Assembly (NCBI RefSeq): GCF_001194135.2
Contig: NC_069001.1
Span: 26,042,931-26,106,930 of the forward strand
Source of the DNA: Octopus bimaculoides
Taxonomy: Eukaryota
Reading direction: 5' to 3'
DNA: 64,000 bases
Below the pieces are notes generated by a model. The model saw only the letters and a program-made list of their open reading frames with translations. It had not been told where the DNA came from and made no database searches. The position numbers and the translations under genes are program-made. This document shows positions 1 to 11,754 of the stretch, one piece after another. Every line of letters starts with the position of its first letter. Position 1 is the stretch's first letter.

Positions 1-20
1 TATATATATGTATATATATG

Positions 21-60
<40 letters not shown>

Positions 61-170
61 TACATACATATATATATACATACATATATATATATAGGTG
101 TGTGTGTATGCATATATATATATACATGCGTACATATGTGCATACATACATACATACATACACACACGTG
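1..170. repeat. Compound (TA)/(TG)/(CATA) microsatellite
   Basis: Directly visible dinucleotide and tetranucleotide runs. Confidence 0.95.
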
Positions 171-440
171 TCTGTGTTTGTGTTTATTGTGTAAACAGGA
201 AGGATAAGCTGTAAATGGTGGCAGATGCAATTGCGATCAAGCAACATTCATGTATAAGAGGAGTTAAGCGGAAGCCATACTGATTAATATGCTTGTATCG
301 TCATTATTATTATCATCATCATCGTTATTGTTATTATTATTTTCAGTATCATCATCTTTCAATTCTGTTTCCATTTCTTGCCGAGCGTCTTCCTGACACC
401 TTGGGCCGAGAAACGCACTGTATACATTAGCAGGCCTATC

Positions 441-465
441 ATTATTATTATTATTATTATTAATA

Positions 466-500
<35 letters not shown>
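441..500. repeat. (ATT)n microsatellite
   Basis: About 19 ATT units with one variant; forms the (AAT)n tail of the adjacent minus-strand repeat. Confidence 0.95.
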
Positions 501-880
501 GTCATTGAGTGAGAGAGCAGTGCATGCCATCAAATATATGTAGCCCATTATACCCATCATGACGACTCGTCTGATAAGGGTACACCAGCCACATGCATCA
601 CGACCATATGTCCGTGACATAGTGATCTCATATGAAAATAAACAGCGCATGACCTCGGAGATGGGGCCTAGTTAGAATTTTCTCCAGGTCGAGTAGCTCA
701 TCCTGCTCAAAAGGTCCCTAAATAAGGTTTGTTTAAGGATGTTGAGCAAAACACCCATGTTTTGAAAGGTGAATTATTCAAACCTCAAAGAATTCCTCTC
801 AACAAATTGCTATGACGCTCGCTCACTACTTCTGCTCATGATCAGAGATGCATATATTGTCAACCACTCATGGACCTGCT
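501..880 (-). mobile_element. Interspersed repeat ending in (AAT)n; probable SINE or non-LTR 3' end
   Basis: The minus strand ends ...gcatgcactgctctctcactcaatgac(aat)n. It resembles a repeat I recall as common in Octopus, but there is no second copy in this window. Confidence 0.5.
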
Positions 881-900
881 CAAAAAATATGAGCCGATAG

Positions 901-1018
901 AATGAGTACCAAGTTTGCAAATCAAGTACTGAGATCGATGAATTCGAATGAAACTGTTTTCAAAGCGATGCCCCAGCTTGTGTGTAATCTAATGACAGAA
1001 GCACGTAAAAGATGAAAG
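901..1018 (+). mobile_element. SINE family B, 3' fragment
   Basis: gtactgagatcgat...aaagcgatgccccagc...tgacagaagc matches the 3' ends of the other family-B copies in the window. Confidence 0.7.
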
Positions 1019-1296
1019 CATTTTTACTTTCTTCGTATTTTACCCCTGACTCGGTTACACGGTAGTCTATTTAGAAGCTAGATCAAGTTTTGTGAAAGCA
1101 TATATTCACTATTTGGTATTAATAACGAGTAGCTTTATATGGTAATGCTACAACTGTATCTCTAAGCTATTATTTCAACTGATATATTGAATTTCTTCGG
1201 CAACACTGTTAATAAAATTGGAAGGATACAGATAGGAATAGCATAGTATCTGCGCAAGGATGATAACTCAAATTCGTGTATCGTTCCATATTTTGT

Positions 1297-1415
1297 AAGA
1301 TGCGACGGGCTGGAAGATCGTGTGCACGTCAGAGAAAATAGTTGTCGGCTTTTTGTCCCTCTTTACGTTCTGAGTTCAAATTCCGCCGGGGTCAACTTTT
1401 GTATTTCCTCTTTTA
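1297..1415 (+). mobile_element. SINE family A, degenerate
   Basis: B-box-like ctttacgttctgagttcaaattccgccggggtcaac is shared with the other family-A copies. Confidence 0.8.
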
Positions 1416-1477
1416 TATATATATTCATAAACTTTGTTTATTTACTGTATTCTTTTCAATTCTTCTATCTTTTACTC

Positions 1478-1850
1478 TTTTCTTGTTCCAGTCATTTTGA
1501 CTGCGGCCACGCTGGGATATAGCTTTCAAAAAATTGTAGTTGAAAGAATGGACCCGGCTATTTATTTTTGCTACACATGGTACTTATTCTGTCGGACTCA
1601 TTTGCCCAACTACTATGTTATGGGAGACGTAAACACATCCATATTGGTCGTGAAGCGGGGGTGGGAGACAGACAGACACACACACACACGGGTTTCTTTG
1701 GGTTTTCGCTTACCAAATTTCCTGACAAGGCTTTGGTTGCCCCGATGCTGTAGTAGAAAACACCTTGTCGAGATCCCACGCAGTAGGACTGAACCGGTAC
1801 TGTGTGGTTAGGAAGAAGGCTTCTTATCACAAAGCTGCTCCTGCGGCTAT
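1478..1850 (-). mobile_element. SINE family B (tRNA-like head, CORE-like domain, internal microsatellite)
   Basis: The reverse complement matches copies at 13622, 20900 and 50315: head, accttgggcaagtg-like CORE segment, (GT)n and catggccgcagtc tail. Confidence 0.85.
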
Positions 1851-1986
1851 TCTATTATTAAAAATAAATTGCTATATCTACTTTATACTTCTTACCCTTC
1901 CAGGCGACATTTTGTAACTCTTTCTGCGTATGATACCAAACCCTTAATTATGTATAAAAATGTATTTCAATATTTATGTTTACAAT

Positions 1987-2520
1987 GGCGGCGAGCTGGA
2001 AAAATCGTCGTCGGCATGCTGGGTAAAATGAATAACTTTTGCACACTGGGGTCGCAATTCTTGTCAGTGTAACTGGCTTATCCTCTTCCTTGAACATGCT
2101 GGCCTTGTGCCAAAAATATTTCTTGTATTCAAAGCGTCGGGTAGGTGGAATCGTTAGCAAGTCAGGCGAAATATTTAGTGTCATTTCTTCCGTCTTGACG
2201 TTTTGTGCTCAAATGCCATGTGTATCGATTTTGCTTTTCATTTTGGGGGGTCGATAAAATAAGTACCATTCGAGCACTGGGGTCGATGTAATCGCCTAAT
2301 CCCCTCCACCTAAATTGCTGTCCTTGAGCCAAAATTTAAAATTTGTACTTACGTGTATAGTAATGCGGCGAGCTGGTAGAATCGTTAAGTCACCAGGCAG
2401 CATTTCGTCTGTCTTTTCGTTCTGAGTTCAAATTCTGTAGAGTCCTGTTTTGCCTTTCTTCCCTTAGGGAGCGACGATATGAGTAGCATTTGAGTATTGG
2501 GGTCGAATAAGTCGACTTGA
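1987..2520 (+). mobile_element. Cluster of three degenerate family-A SINEs (about 1987-2060, 2140-2340, 2365-2520)
   Basis: Recurrent ggcggcgagctgg..aatcgtt head and ggggtcgataaaataagtacc / actggggtcgatgtaatcg body. Confidence 0.8.
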
Positions 2521-3286
2521 AACCTTACCCGAACCTGCAAGCGTTTGGTTGTTGAACATGTTCGAAAAGTTCTCTTTCTGTCTACTATTTAGCACTCCCT
2601 AGCTCTACAACGCAGTTCCTATTAATATAGTCATAATAGACTTAATCGCTTGTCAGAGAATTATAAACTTGTATTTATATAGAGAATGTATTTGTAAGAA
2701 GAACTTTACATTTAAAAATCTATCCAGACTCTTCGTTTAGCTGTTTGGTATAACTTCTAGAGCTGAACATTTGACATACAACGGATTTAAGTTCTGCATA
2801 AAACCAAGATATGTGTGCTTAGATTTATATAATCCTTGTGTACCTGAATACGAAGTGGATAACTATTGTCTTCTGTTATAATCCCGAGAGAGAAAAGAAC
2901 GAAAGCCACTAATACGTTTAAAGCTGAGAGTTTTCGGATTGTTTTATTTTATTTTATTTTATTAATTATACATTAATTTTAAGAGGCAATAAAACGGTCG
3001 AATTTTTATTACACTTAAAACAAAAGCTCATAACTTATTGACTTTTGCATTGTTTCAGATATTCCAAACTATAAGATGATATTTGAGTGTACATAATTAG
3101 TAGCAACACGTGCAAATTACGTGTTTGCTTGCCTCAGTGTATGCATGCATGTGTGTGTAGGTGTATACTTATAGATATCCGTACGTATGAGTGTGTTTAT
3201 TCATATGTACATAATTAATATGAAAATTTGCAGACGAAGTTAATTGAAAGCAACTCGCGTCTTATATATTAAAACAAAAACACAAT

Positions 3287-3322
<36 letters not shown>

Positions 3323-3599
3323 NNNNNNNNNNNNNNNNNNNNNNNNNNNNNNNNNNNNNNNNNNNNNNNNNNNNNNNNNNNNNNNNNNNNNNNNNNNNNN
3401 NNNNNNNNNNNNNNNNNNNNNNNNNNNNNNNNNNNNNNNNNNNNNNNNNNNNNNNNNNNNNNNNNNNNNNNNNNNNNNNNNNNNNNNNNNNNNNNNNNNN
3501 NNNNNNNNNNNAAAAGTGCACTTGTCCCCATAATTTTAAAGAAATCTTTATTTCCCCAAACATGAGAGTTTGATAGAACTCTCATGTATTTCTGAACGA

Positions 3600-3775
3600 T
3601 AATAATAATAGTAATAATAATAATGATAATAATGATGATAATAATAATAATTTCTACTCTAGGCGTAGGGCCCGAAATTTTTGGGGAGTGGAGCCAGTCG
3701 ATTACATTTACCCCAGTACGCAACTGGTACTTAATATTGAAAGACAAAGTCGACCTCCCTGGAATTTGAACTCAG
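3600..3775 (-). mobile_element. SINE family A, 5'-truncated, with ATT-type tail
   Basis: The reverse complement gives ctgagttcaaattcc..aggtcgactttg..gtaccagttgcgtactgggg; the tail runs into AAT/GAT repeats at 3600-3650. Confidence 0.85.
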
Positions 3776-4081
3776 TAAGCAGTCAAGACGAAGAGCGCGA
3801 TTCGATTGTAATAGATATTTTTTTAGTTGAACGATATTTCGACAGTAAGTCTGTCTTTGTCAAGCTGAAAATAAGAAGTGATAAAAATTCAAAATTACTG
3901 AAATTTGAAATTAAAGCATAAACGAGAGCAACCAGCGCCCACACGTTGATGGAATGACATCATCAGTTTTCTAAGTTAAAATTTTATAACAGGCGAAAAG
4001 AAAACGACAGAAAAATAGCGAGAAAAAAGAGGAAAGAAAAAGAGAGAAGGAAGAATATTTAATCAGTTTTGTATAAATTTA

Positions 4082-6125
4082 ATGATATTCATTCCTTCAG
4101 GGTGTGATGTTAATAACCCGCAAACCTATTTCTCCTCATACATTCTGAGAAGTGAAAGTGGGGCAGATTCAGAATATTTTCTGAGAATATGCACTTTCAA
4201 GTCGTTTACAAAATTACAGCCGTTTGAAACGAAAGATTCGGAAGGTTCTGTTGAACTGCTGTTATTGTGCCAGACGTCGAATCTGTGCCCATTAAATCTT
4301 TAATTGTTCTGTTGTACAACCAATATAAATCAAGTTGTGCTTCGTGCATTCTGCCACGTACACCAAATGGGAACCTTTACATGTTCCACCTTCTGTATAA
4401 ATCATAACATTTCTGTTATGATTTCTGATGGATTTCACTTCACTCATGTTGTTGCACAATGAACAGGGCTTACTTCTCTTGCGGCTGTTTTTCAAGGTAC
4501 AGCACGCAGATACTCCAATGTTCGTTTTCTTCGAGTCAAATATAGAGGTCAATAATCGTCTTATATTCTTATCCCGTATAAAGGCTACAATAGTAAATAT
4601 CTGTTTGAAACGAGTATATTTCTTCGCCACATGCTGGTAACTTTCATGTAACACTTTTGAAATGCCAGCGAATTTCGGTGCCAGTTAATCAGTAAAGGAA
4701 TTCTTTTATCTATTGTATTGTGTTTCCTAAAATTATGCCTGAAGGTTTGACTATCTTTGCTAATCTTTAGCTATTTCATATGCTGTTTCCTTTAATCGTG
4801 ATTCACTGTAACCGCATTTGACATAATGATGTACAAAAGCATTTGCCTGTTTCCAGTAATTCCCTATTTCAGTACAAATCCATTTTATCCTCAAAAATTG
4901 GGATTTGGGATTTGACCGAATAATATGACGTATATAAACGGAGCGGCGGTGGAGATAAATGTGGTATGACGTGGGCTTGCAATATAGCTCTGTCGCTATT
5001 CCAGAAAACGTAACTTTTGTGTCCAAAAATTCAACGCTAGTTTTTGAAAAGATAAACGTAAATTTTATGTTGGACTTAAAGCCATAGTTTTTAGCATAAC
5101 AGTCAAATAAATGTTAGAAGTCCTTTAAACTATCCTATGATCCTTCCCAGCTATAAAAAGACGTCATCAATGAACCGTAACCAGAATATTTGTTAATGAC
5201 CATGAAGGGATTTGAATGTCTTCAGTAATTGTGTCTCGAATTTCATCATGGAGACATTAGCGAAATTACCTGCCATGGGGGTACCCATGGCGCAACCCTT
5301 TGTCTGGTGGTAAAATCTTTGTCTAAACAAAGTAACACAAATCCCAATAATCTACTACGAAAATTCGTTGGAATGCTTTTGTTTGACCGCCTTTCAAAAG
5401 CATCCATGCATGCTTCTACCCCTTCATCGTAGTCAATATTGGGATAAAAGGAAGAAACATCCATGGTTACAAAAAAAAAAAAAAAAAAAACCCAGTTCTC
5501 GACGCGACCTCGGTGCTTAAAAAAGTTGTTGATTTTTAGACAAAATCAAAAGTATCCCAAATATAGGAACTTGATCGTTTTGCAATAGGGAATAGAAAGC
5601 CATCCAGATATTGCGAAATCTTGGCCGTACAACATTCATATCCGCTGCACATTGGGTGCATTGGAGGAAATCTTTCGAACTTTTTGTGTATTTTAGGGAG
5701 ACCATACAATACAGGTGTTATTCTTTCTAACCGTAAAATCTTAGATTCAGCTTTATTAATGACATTGTTTTCCTCCAGTTCCAGAACGTGTTGTCAAGTT
5801 CCTCTCTCTATAACTGGGGTTTGAATTGCCCAGGTAATTCTTCATATGAAGTTTTGTCATTTAAAACTTCTTCACAGGCCGAAATATACTCACATTTGTC
5901 CGTAATTACGATAGCGCCTCCCTTATCTGCCATTTTAATAACAGAATCGTTATTAGCTAGACGTCGAGTGCGTAACGTTGGGAATTTATGACGTTATTCC
6001 AAGCCTTCTTTCCACTTGATTTAAGGCTTTCTCTAATGCCTGCCTGACAAGATTTTAAAAAATCCCAGTAGTACTTCTGAACGAGCATCCGACTGGGATT
6101 CTTTTCAATCCAAATATGCCAGATT
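4082..6125 (-). mobile_element. Penelope-like element relic (RT plus GIY-YIG endonuclease), 5'-truncated and frameshifted
   Basis: Minus-strand motifs in canonical PLE order: IKMADKGGAIVI (~5890-5940), LYGLPKIHK (~5680-5710), MDVSSFYPNI (~5435-5464), KGCAMGTPMAGNFAN (~5255-5300), WLRFIDDVF (~5157-5183), LYCKPT..YLH..SQFLRI, TCKGSHLVYVAEC..IYIGCT, RFNGHRFD, HPEGMN. Confidence 0.95.
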
Positions 6126-6164
6126 CATAGAAAGCCCTATGCAGGAAGCATAGGGCTTTCTATG

Positions 6165-6378
6165 GTTTCAAATTTTGCCACAAGGGAAGTAATTTTGGAG
6201 GAGGGAATGAGTCGATTACATCGATCCCAGTGTTCAAATGGTACTTATTTTATCGACCCCGAAAGGATGAAAGGCAAAGTCGACCTCGGCGGAATTTGAA
6301 CTCAGAACGTAGTGACGGGTGAAAGACCGTTAAATATTTCGTCCAGCGCGGTAACGATTCTGAGAGCTCACCGCCTTA
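6165..6378 (-). mobile_element. SINE family A, near full length
   Basis: Head ggcggtgagctctcagaatcgtt, B-box gagttcaaattccgcc, and gtcgactttgcctttcatcctttcggggtcgataaaataagtacc, which resembles the Meta-type SINE domain as I recall it. Confidence 0.9.
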
Positions 6379-6393
6379 ATAGTAATAGTTATC

Positions 6394-6420
6394 ATAATAA
6401 TAATAATAATAATAATAATA

Positions 6421-6449
<29 letters not shown>
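6394..6449. repeat. Perfect 56-bp palindrome (AAT)n(ATT)n
   Basis: 6394-6421 is the exact reverse complement of 6422-6449. Confidence 0.95.
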
Positions 6450-6452
<3 letters not shown>

Positions 6453-6790
6453 CAACATATGTGTACGGGAAGAAGTCAGAAAAAATTTAGGTTCTGTTGA
6501 ACATGGAATGAGACAGTGACTCACATTGTTGCAGAATATCCGGAGCAAGAACAAGCAGAATTTGAGAAATAGAAGCATGACCGAGTTGCGAAAATCCTTA
6601 CAGTAGAGACTTTGTCAGAAATGGGTATTTGAAGCTGGAGTTACACGGTATGAACATAGGGTAAAAGAGTGCAGGAGTCGAAGAAAAGCAAAATTTTGTG
6701 AGATTTTCCTAACCAGACAAATCACACGTAACAGTAATCTACAGAGAAAGGCAAAGCTGCTTCTTACTAATTGATCCATTATTCCCGGTT
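6453..6790 (+). mobile_element. R4/Dong-type non-LTR fragment (zinc knuckle to start of RLE)
   Basis: Translation KFRFC*TWNETVTHIVAEY..QAEFEK*KHDRVAKI..ESKKSKIL*DFPNQT is homologous to the copy at 59989-62575. Confidence 0.8.
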
Positions 6791-6825
6791 GATTCCAAGA
6801 TTGTAGAGAAAGGGGATGGAAAACA

Positions 6826-6860
<35 letters not shown>

Positions 6861-7019
6861 TCAAATTACGGCAAACGTAAATAAGCAAACGAAGTTTGCT
6901 TTTAGAAGCGTTGAGATGTCTTAGAAAGTTAAAGAAGTGATTTTAAATTCTCAATTGCAGAATAATGCTAATAATATAGCCTGAACAGGATAAACTACCC
7001 CTATTTTGCAGAAAAAAGT

Positions 7020-7075
7020 GTAGGTGGCTAGCTGTGGACTCGAACTCACATCCCCGTGATTACGCGTCACGTTGC
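7020..7075 (-). pseudogene. 3' half of a tRNA-like sequence followed by a T6 tract
   Basis: The minus strand shows a cgtga/tcacg stem with a 7-nt loop, gtgagttcgagtcc (T-arm-like) and tttttt. The 5' half is missing. Confidence 0.3.
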
Positions 7076-7212
7076 TTATATATATACACACACACACACA
7101 CATATATATTTATATGCATATATGNNNNNNNNNNNNNNNNNNNNNNNNNNNNNNNNNNNNNNNNNNNNNNNNNNNNNNNNNNNNNNNNNNNNNNNNNNNN
7201 NNNNNNNNNNNN

Positions 7213-7321
7213 AACGAGAGAAAATAAAATTGAAAACAGGACAAGTAACAAAGAATTTGTTTTCTGACGTTGTTTTCGTATTTCATGTTGTGTACAATTG
7301 GTAACGTCCTGTACCCATATA

Positions 7322-7362
<41 letters not shown>

Positions 7363-8429
7363 AATTCAACGACACGCATCCATTTCTAAATAAGTTTATC
7401 TCAACCTTTTGCATGCACCTCTACTCTATACTGTTTTTCGCCGCATCCTTCTCTAATTCCCATTTCTCCCCTTCAACGTTTTCTTACTGTCTCTTTCTCT
7501 CTCACTCTACCTCTTTCACTTTTTTGCTTTCACGTTGCTCAAACGTGACCGTCGTCCTCATCCATCTTCCTTTTCTCGCATGACCACCTGTCACAATCAG
7601 ACAAATTAGAATGTAAGAAAAAGGGGTAAACCTCTGATTGCAACAACAAAGTGTTCAAACAGGGAAGTAAATGTTCATATCTGGAGATTATGTCCAACTT
7701 TAATTGTTTCAATGTAGGTGGTGAACGGTCCGACCATTATGCAGCTCCGGCTTTCGTTTTTCGTACTATCCGCGCCAAAAACTCCCGTTGTCTTTTCCAC
7801 TCCCCTTTTTAACAGGAAGTACGAGATTACCTGCCTCGCTCGGTAACAGGTAGTGAACGAGATTACCTGTCTCGTACTATGCTAGCTTCCTGTATATATA
7901 TTTGGCTATTCATACCAACGTTATTTCTCTTCTGCCAAACGGTCGTTGACAAACGTTTATCTCGCCACCTTCGAAAAATATATGGTACGTGTTCACCCTT
8001 CATTATATTATAGGTATACATAACACACCTTTCTTTTCCTGTACGGATGTCCTAAGGACTGGACGTCTGTTATTCAAATTAAACATTTCTTCCAGCGGTC
8101 AGTATCTTTCCTCTCGTTTTGGTCAAACGACCTTCCACGTTTGTTTTCGTCCAGTTTTCTTGTTTGTCTCCACTGTCCCGTTTTGTTCTCAACTTTGACC
8201 CTCCATAAAATCCAAAATTCATTGTGTAAGTTATGGGAGCAAGTGTCTACGAAGACTCATATTGTCGTTGAATGCCCTAAATGAGGAGTAGACAGACAGC
8301 CGAAAATTGATGAAGTGTCGTTCTTTGTGTTACTTGCTCTGTTTGCATTTTTTTCTCTCGTTTGCGTATTTAATTCGCTTCTTTTCATATTTCATTTTGT
8401 TTACAGTTGGTGGTGTCCTGTACCCATAT
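7213..8429 (+). mobile_element. Probable PLE-tail-type non-coding element with direct and inverted terminal copies and degenerate HHR-like motifs
   Basis: 7271-7320 directly repeats 8380-8429 (8 differences in 50). 7213-7255 is an inverted copy of 8321-8362. Degenerate HHR-like ctgtacggat-gtcc-taa-ggac-tgga-cgtc at 8039-8067. Confidence 0.5.
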
Positions 8430-8447
8430 GCATTCTTCTATTTTTTT

Positions 8448-8902
8448 TTACTCTTATACTTGTTACAATCATTTGATTATGGCCATGCTGGAGCATCACC
8501 TTAAAAGTTTTTTTTTTAGTCGAAGAAATCGACACCGTATCTTCTTTCTAATCCTAGTACTTACTCTCTCTGTCTCTTTTGCCGAACCGCGATAAGATAC
8601 GGGGACAGACACACCAACATCGCTTGCCAAGCGAAATGATGGTGGGATAAACAGAGACACAAAGACATGCACATAAATATGTTCATATATATATATATAT
8701 AGTGACAGACAGAGAGAGAGAGAGAGAGAGAGATAGAGAGAGCTGTATATATGTCAGGCTTGATTCAGTTTCCATCTACCAAATCCACTCACACGTGTTT
8801 GGCAGCCCGAGGCTATATTTGAAACCATTTGCCCAAGTGGGACTGAACCCGGTACGACGTGGTTGGGAAGCAAGCTACTTAGCACACAGCCACACCCATC
8901 CT
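8448..8902 (-). mobile_element. SINE family B, full length
   Basis: Head gtggctgtgtgctaagtagcttgcttcccaaccac, gtgagtggatttggtagatggaaactgaa, internal (TC)/(TA) run, and catggccataatcaaatga tail. Confidence 0.9.
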
Positions 8903-9039
8903 ATATATAATATAAACAAATACTTCGTTATAGGTTTGGTGGGGAAATAATATTCCTCTGAAAATATCAAAGAACACAATTATGACGGCCTTGAAGAACA
9001 ATAATGTCATATAATTGTTAGTAGTAGTATTAATGTCAG

Positions 9040-9180
9040 TAATATTATTATGTAGTAGCTGCAGGAGCAGCGGTGGTAGCAGTAACCACAGGAGTAGTTG
9101 CAGCAGCAACAGCAGCAGTAGTGGCAGCAGCAACAGCAGCAGTAGCAACACTAGCACACTAGTAATAGCAATAATATTCT
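9040..9180. repeat. (CAG/TAG) trinucleotide mosaic
   Basis: Visible agcagc/agtagt runs. Confidence 0.85.
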
Positions 9181-9761
9181 ACATGTAATTTTCTTTCCTT
9201 TTTCCTTTTTTATTTCGTTTTGAAATTATGTAAACCGTAACATATTTTTATTTCTTTTTGAAGGTTGTGTTACTATATCACAAGAGGCTTCTTGTACATA
9301 TAAAATGTTATTCTGATATCCATTTGAACATATCCAAAAGGAAGCAAAGCATGTAATACACTACTCTATTGAATTATTGTATTTCCATTCGGATTGAGCT
9401 TTCATTCGCTTTGTTGTCTTGTTGTCAATGTTGATTTTGGTGTTAATGTCGTTTCTTTCCTACTTTTTTCTTAAGGGAAAATAACATTTATTGTTAATAC
9501 TAATATTGAAACATTTGTACACCCAATCTGTGATTTTATGCATTTCTTTATTTGATGGGGCGTTATAGTTGTTGTTGTTGTTAAGTTGTTTTTAAGGGAA
9601 ATATTTACGCACAAAAAACACATTAACAGCAAGCGACCGTCATATGACATTAGTGTTCTCCAAGGTCGACATAATTGTGTTCTTGTTACTTTAAGGGGTA
9701 TATTATTCCATCACAAATCTATACTAAAATATTTGTTTAGAATTAGATAAATTTGTGTATA

Positions 9762-9814
<53 letters not shown>

Positions 9815-9996
9815 CGTGCGTGTGTTTATAGTCAGAGAGAGAGAGAGAAATACATAAATATTTATATGTACACATATCTATATGTATGTATATATATATG
9901 TGTGTATGTCGATAGATATATTTTTATAATTTTGTAAATATATAATAAAAATATAGTATACATATTTGCACAGTTATTTTCAGTCTGTACACCCCG

Positions 9997-10036
<40 letters not shown>

Positions 10037-10173
10037 ATGTGAGGGGTGTGATGTGTTTGTGCACAAATATATTTGAGCGGGGTTTCATATATATCTTTAG
10101 ATAGTTGTCGTCATTTTACCACTAGCTTATTCAGTGTTAAAATCACACACATACATTTCTCTCACTCAGTAGC

Positions 10174-10247
<74 letters not shown>

Positions 10248-10689
10248 GTGCGCAAACACGCACATGCATGAATGTATGCATGTACGTTCATAAATAATTA
10301 CGCCAAGAAGAAGAATAGCAATAAGTATAATATTAATAACTACAGCGGCAACAAAAACAAACCAAAAGCAATACTACCAACAGAAACAACGGCAAACACA
10401 ATGAAAACTGTAACAATGATAATAATAATAAGAAGAACAATAATAATAACTGTGATAATAAGAAGAAGAGGAAATATAACTACAGCAAAAATAACAAGTG
10501 ATATCCATTATATGCTGACATGTTATGGCACTCACGGAAATACAAAACGTAGAAACACACGCATACATATATTTAGACAAACGAATTAAATTCTTTATGA
10601 AATATATGAGAGTAGTGAGGCGTTAATCTTCCGTTAAAACGCATTAAGACATATATAAATGCTAGCAAAGTCATTACGGTTATTGAGAA

Positions 10690-11640
10690 TAAATGGAGGA
10701 GGACTAGATGACGGAGAAGAAGAAGCTTAGGGCAGAGAAAGGCGGAGAGGAAAATGTAAATAATAAGAAGAAAAAGAAGAATGATGATATGTGTATTGAG
10801 ATGGTTTTGTTTTTGGTGTAAGTGTGACGAATGAGGGAACACTTTAAGGATAAATAAGCGGTAGGGGAGAAGGTGATGAGGAGGTATGTGTTGATGGCTA
10901 TTACATTGTGGATGATAGGAAGGAAGACGCAAAATGGAGGGAAAATGACAAAAAAACGAGGAAGAAGAAATGCGAAATGTAACCAGAAAGAAGCGGAAAA
11001 TGGTTAGGGAAAACAAGAATAAGAAATTACAATAGAAGGAGAGGATGAGGCAGAATGGGATGGGATTAGGAAAAGGATGAACGAAAGGAGGATGATTTAA
11101 GAAATAAGATGAGAGAATGTATGGATTATAAGAAAGATCTAAAGAAAAAGCAGAGAGAGAGATAGAAAGAAAGAGAGGGGGTGGGAAGAAAATCATACAG
11201 AGAGAAACAAAGGTGTGGAAGAAATGGTGGCGTTGAGTACACCTACGATGATAAGGATGTGTATATAGGAAAGGCAACAAAAAAACGTCAGGTAGAAGAA
11301 GAAAGGAGGGAGGAGAAGATGAAGAAGGGAGAGGAAGGCGAACGGAGGACAAACGCCTAGTTATTTGGTTCTAGAGAAATGTGGGACTTGGAATGATGAA
11401 GAAAATCCGTCTCAATAGACGATTGCGAAAAAGGCAGAGAAATGGTAACGATGAACTAAAAAATAAAAAGGAGTAAAATGAGGTGAACATGGAATGGTAT
11501 AAAATAATGAAATGGAAACCGCGGTAATATTGAATAAATATTTTTATAAATGAGGGGAAAAGAATAAAGCTGTCGTGAAGGAAAAGGCGTTGATTATGTA
11601 CGAATGAAAGAATGGAATGAAAGTGAGAGAGAGAAAAGAA
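10690..11640. repeat. Purine-rich (GAA/GGA-like) low-complexity tract
   Basis: Strong A/G bias on the plus strand over about 950 bp, with frequent plus-strand stop codons. Confidence 0.85.
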
Positions 11641-11754
11641 CAAGGGTTGTTAAGTCGAGAAATGAGCGCAACTTTTCACACTACTTAGATCGTAACTGTG
11701 ATATTGCTGTTTAAAATGTCATGTGATCATTGAATACTAGGTGACGTGTGACCT

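Noticed and set aside
5471-5490. A20 run inside the Penelope ORF that looks like a retro-insertion tail
   Set aside because: On the coding strand it is a T-run expansion within the ..WVF(L)VTMDVSS codons, with no TSD or inserted body.
10573-11352. 259-aa minus-strand ORF
   Set aside because: Low-complexity Leu/Phe/Ser sequence from the pyrimidine strand of a purine tract; no domain recognised.
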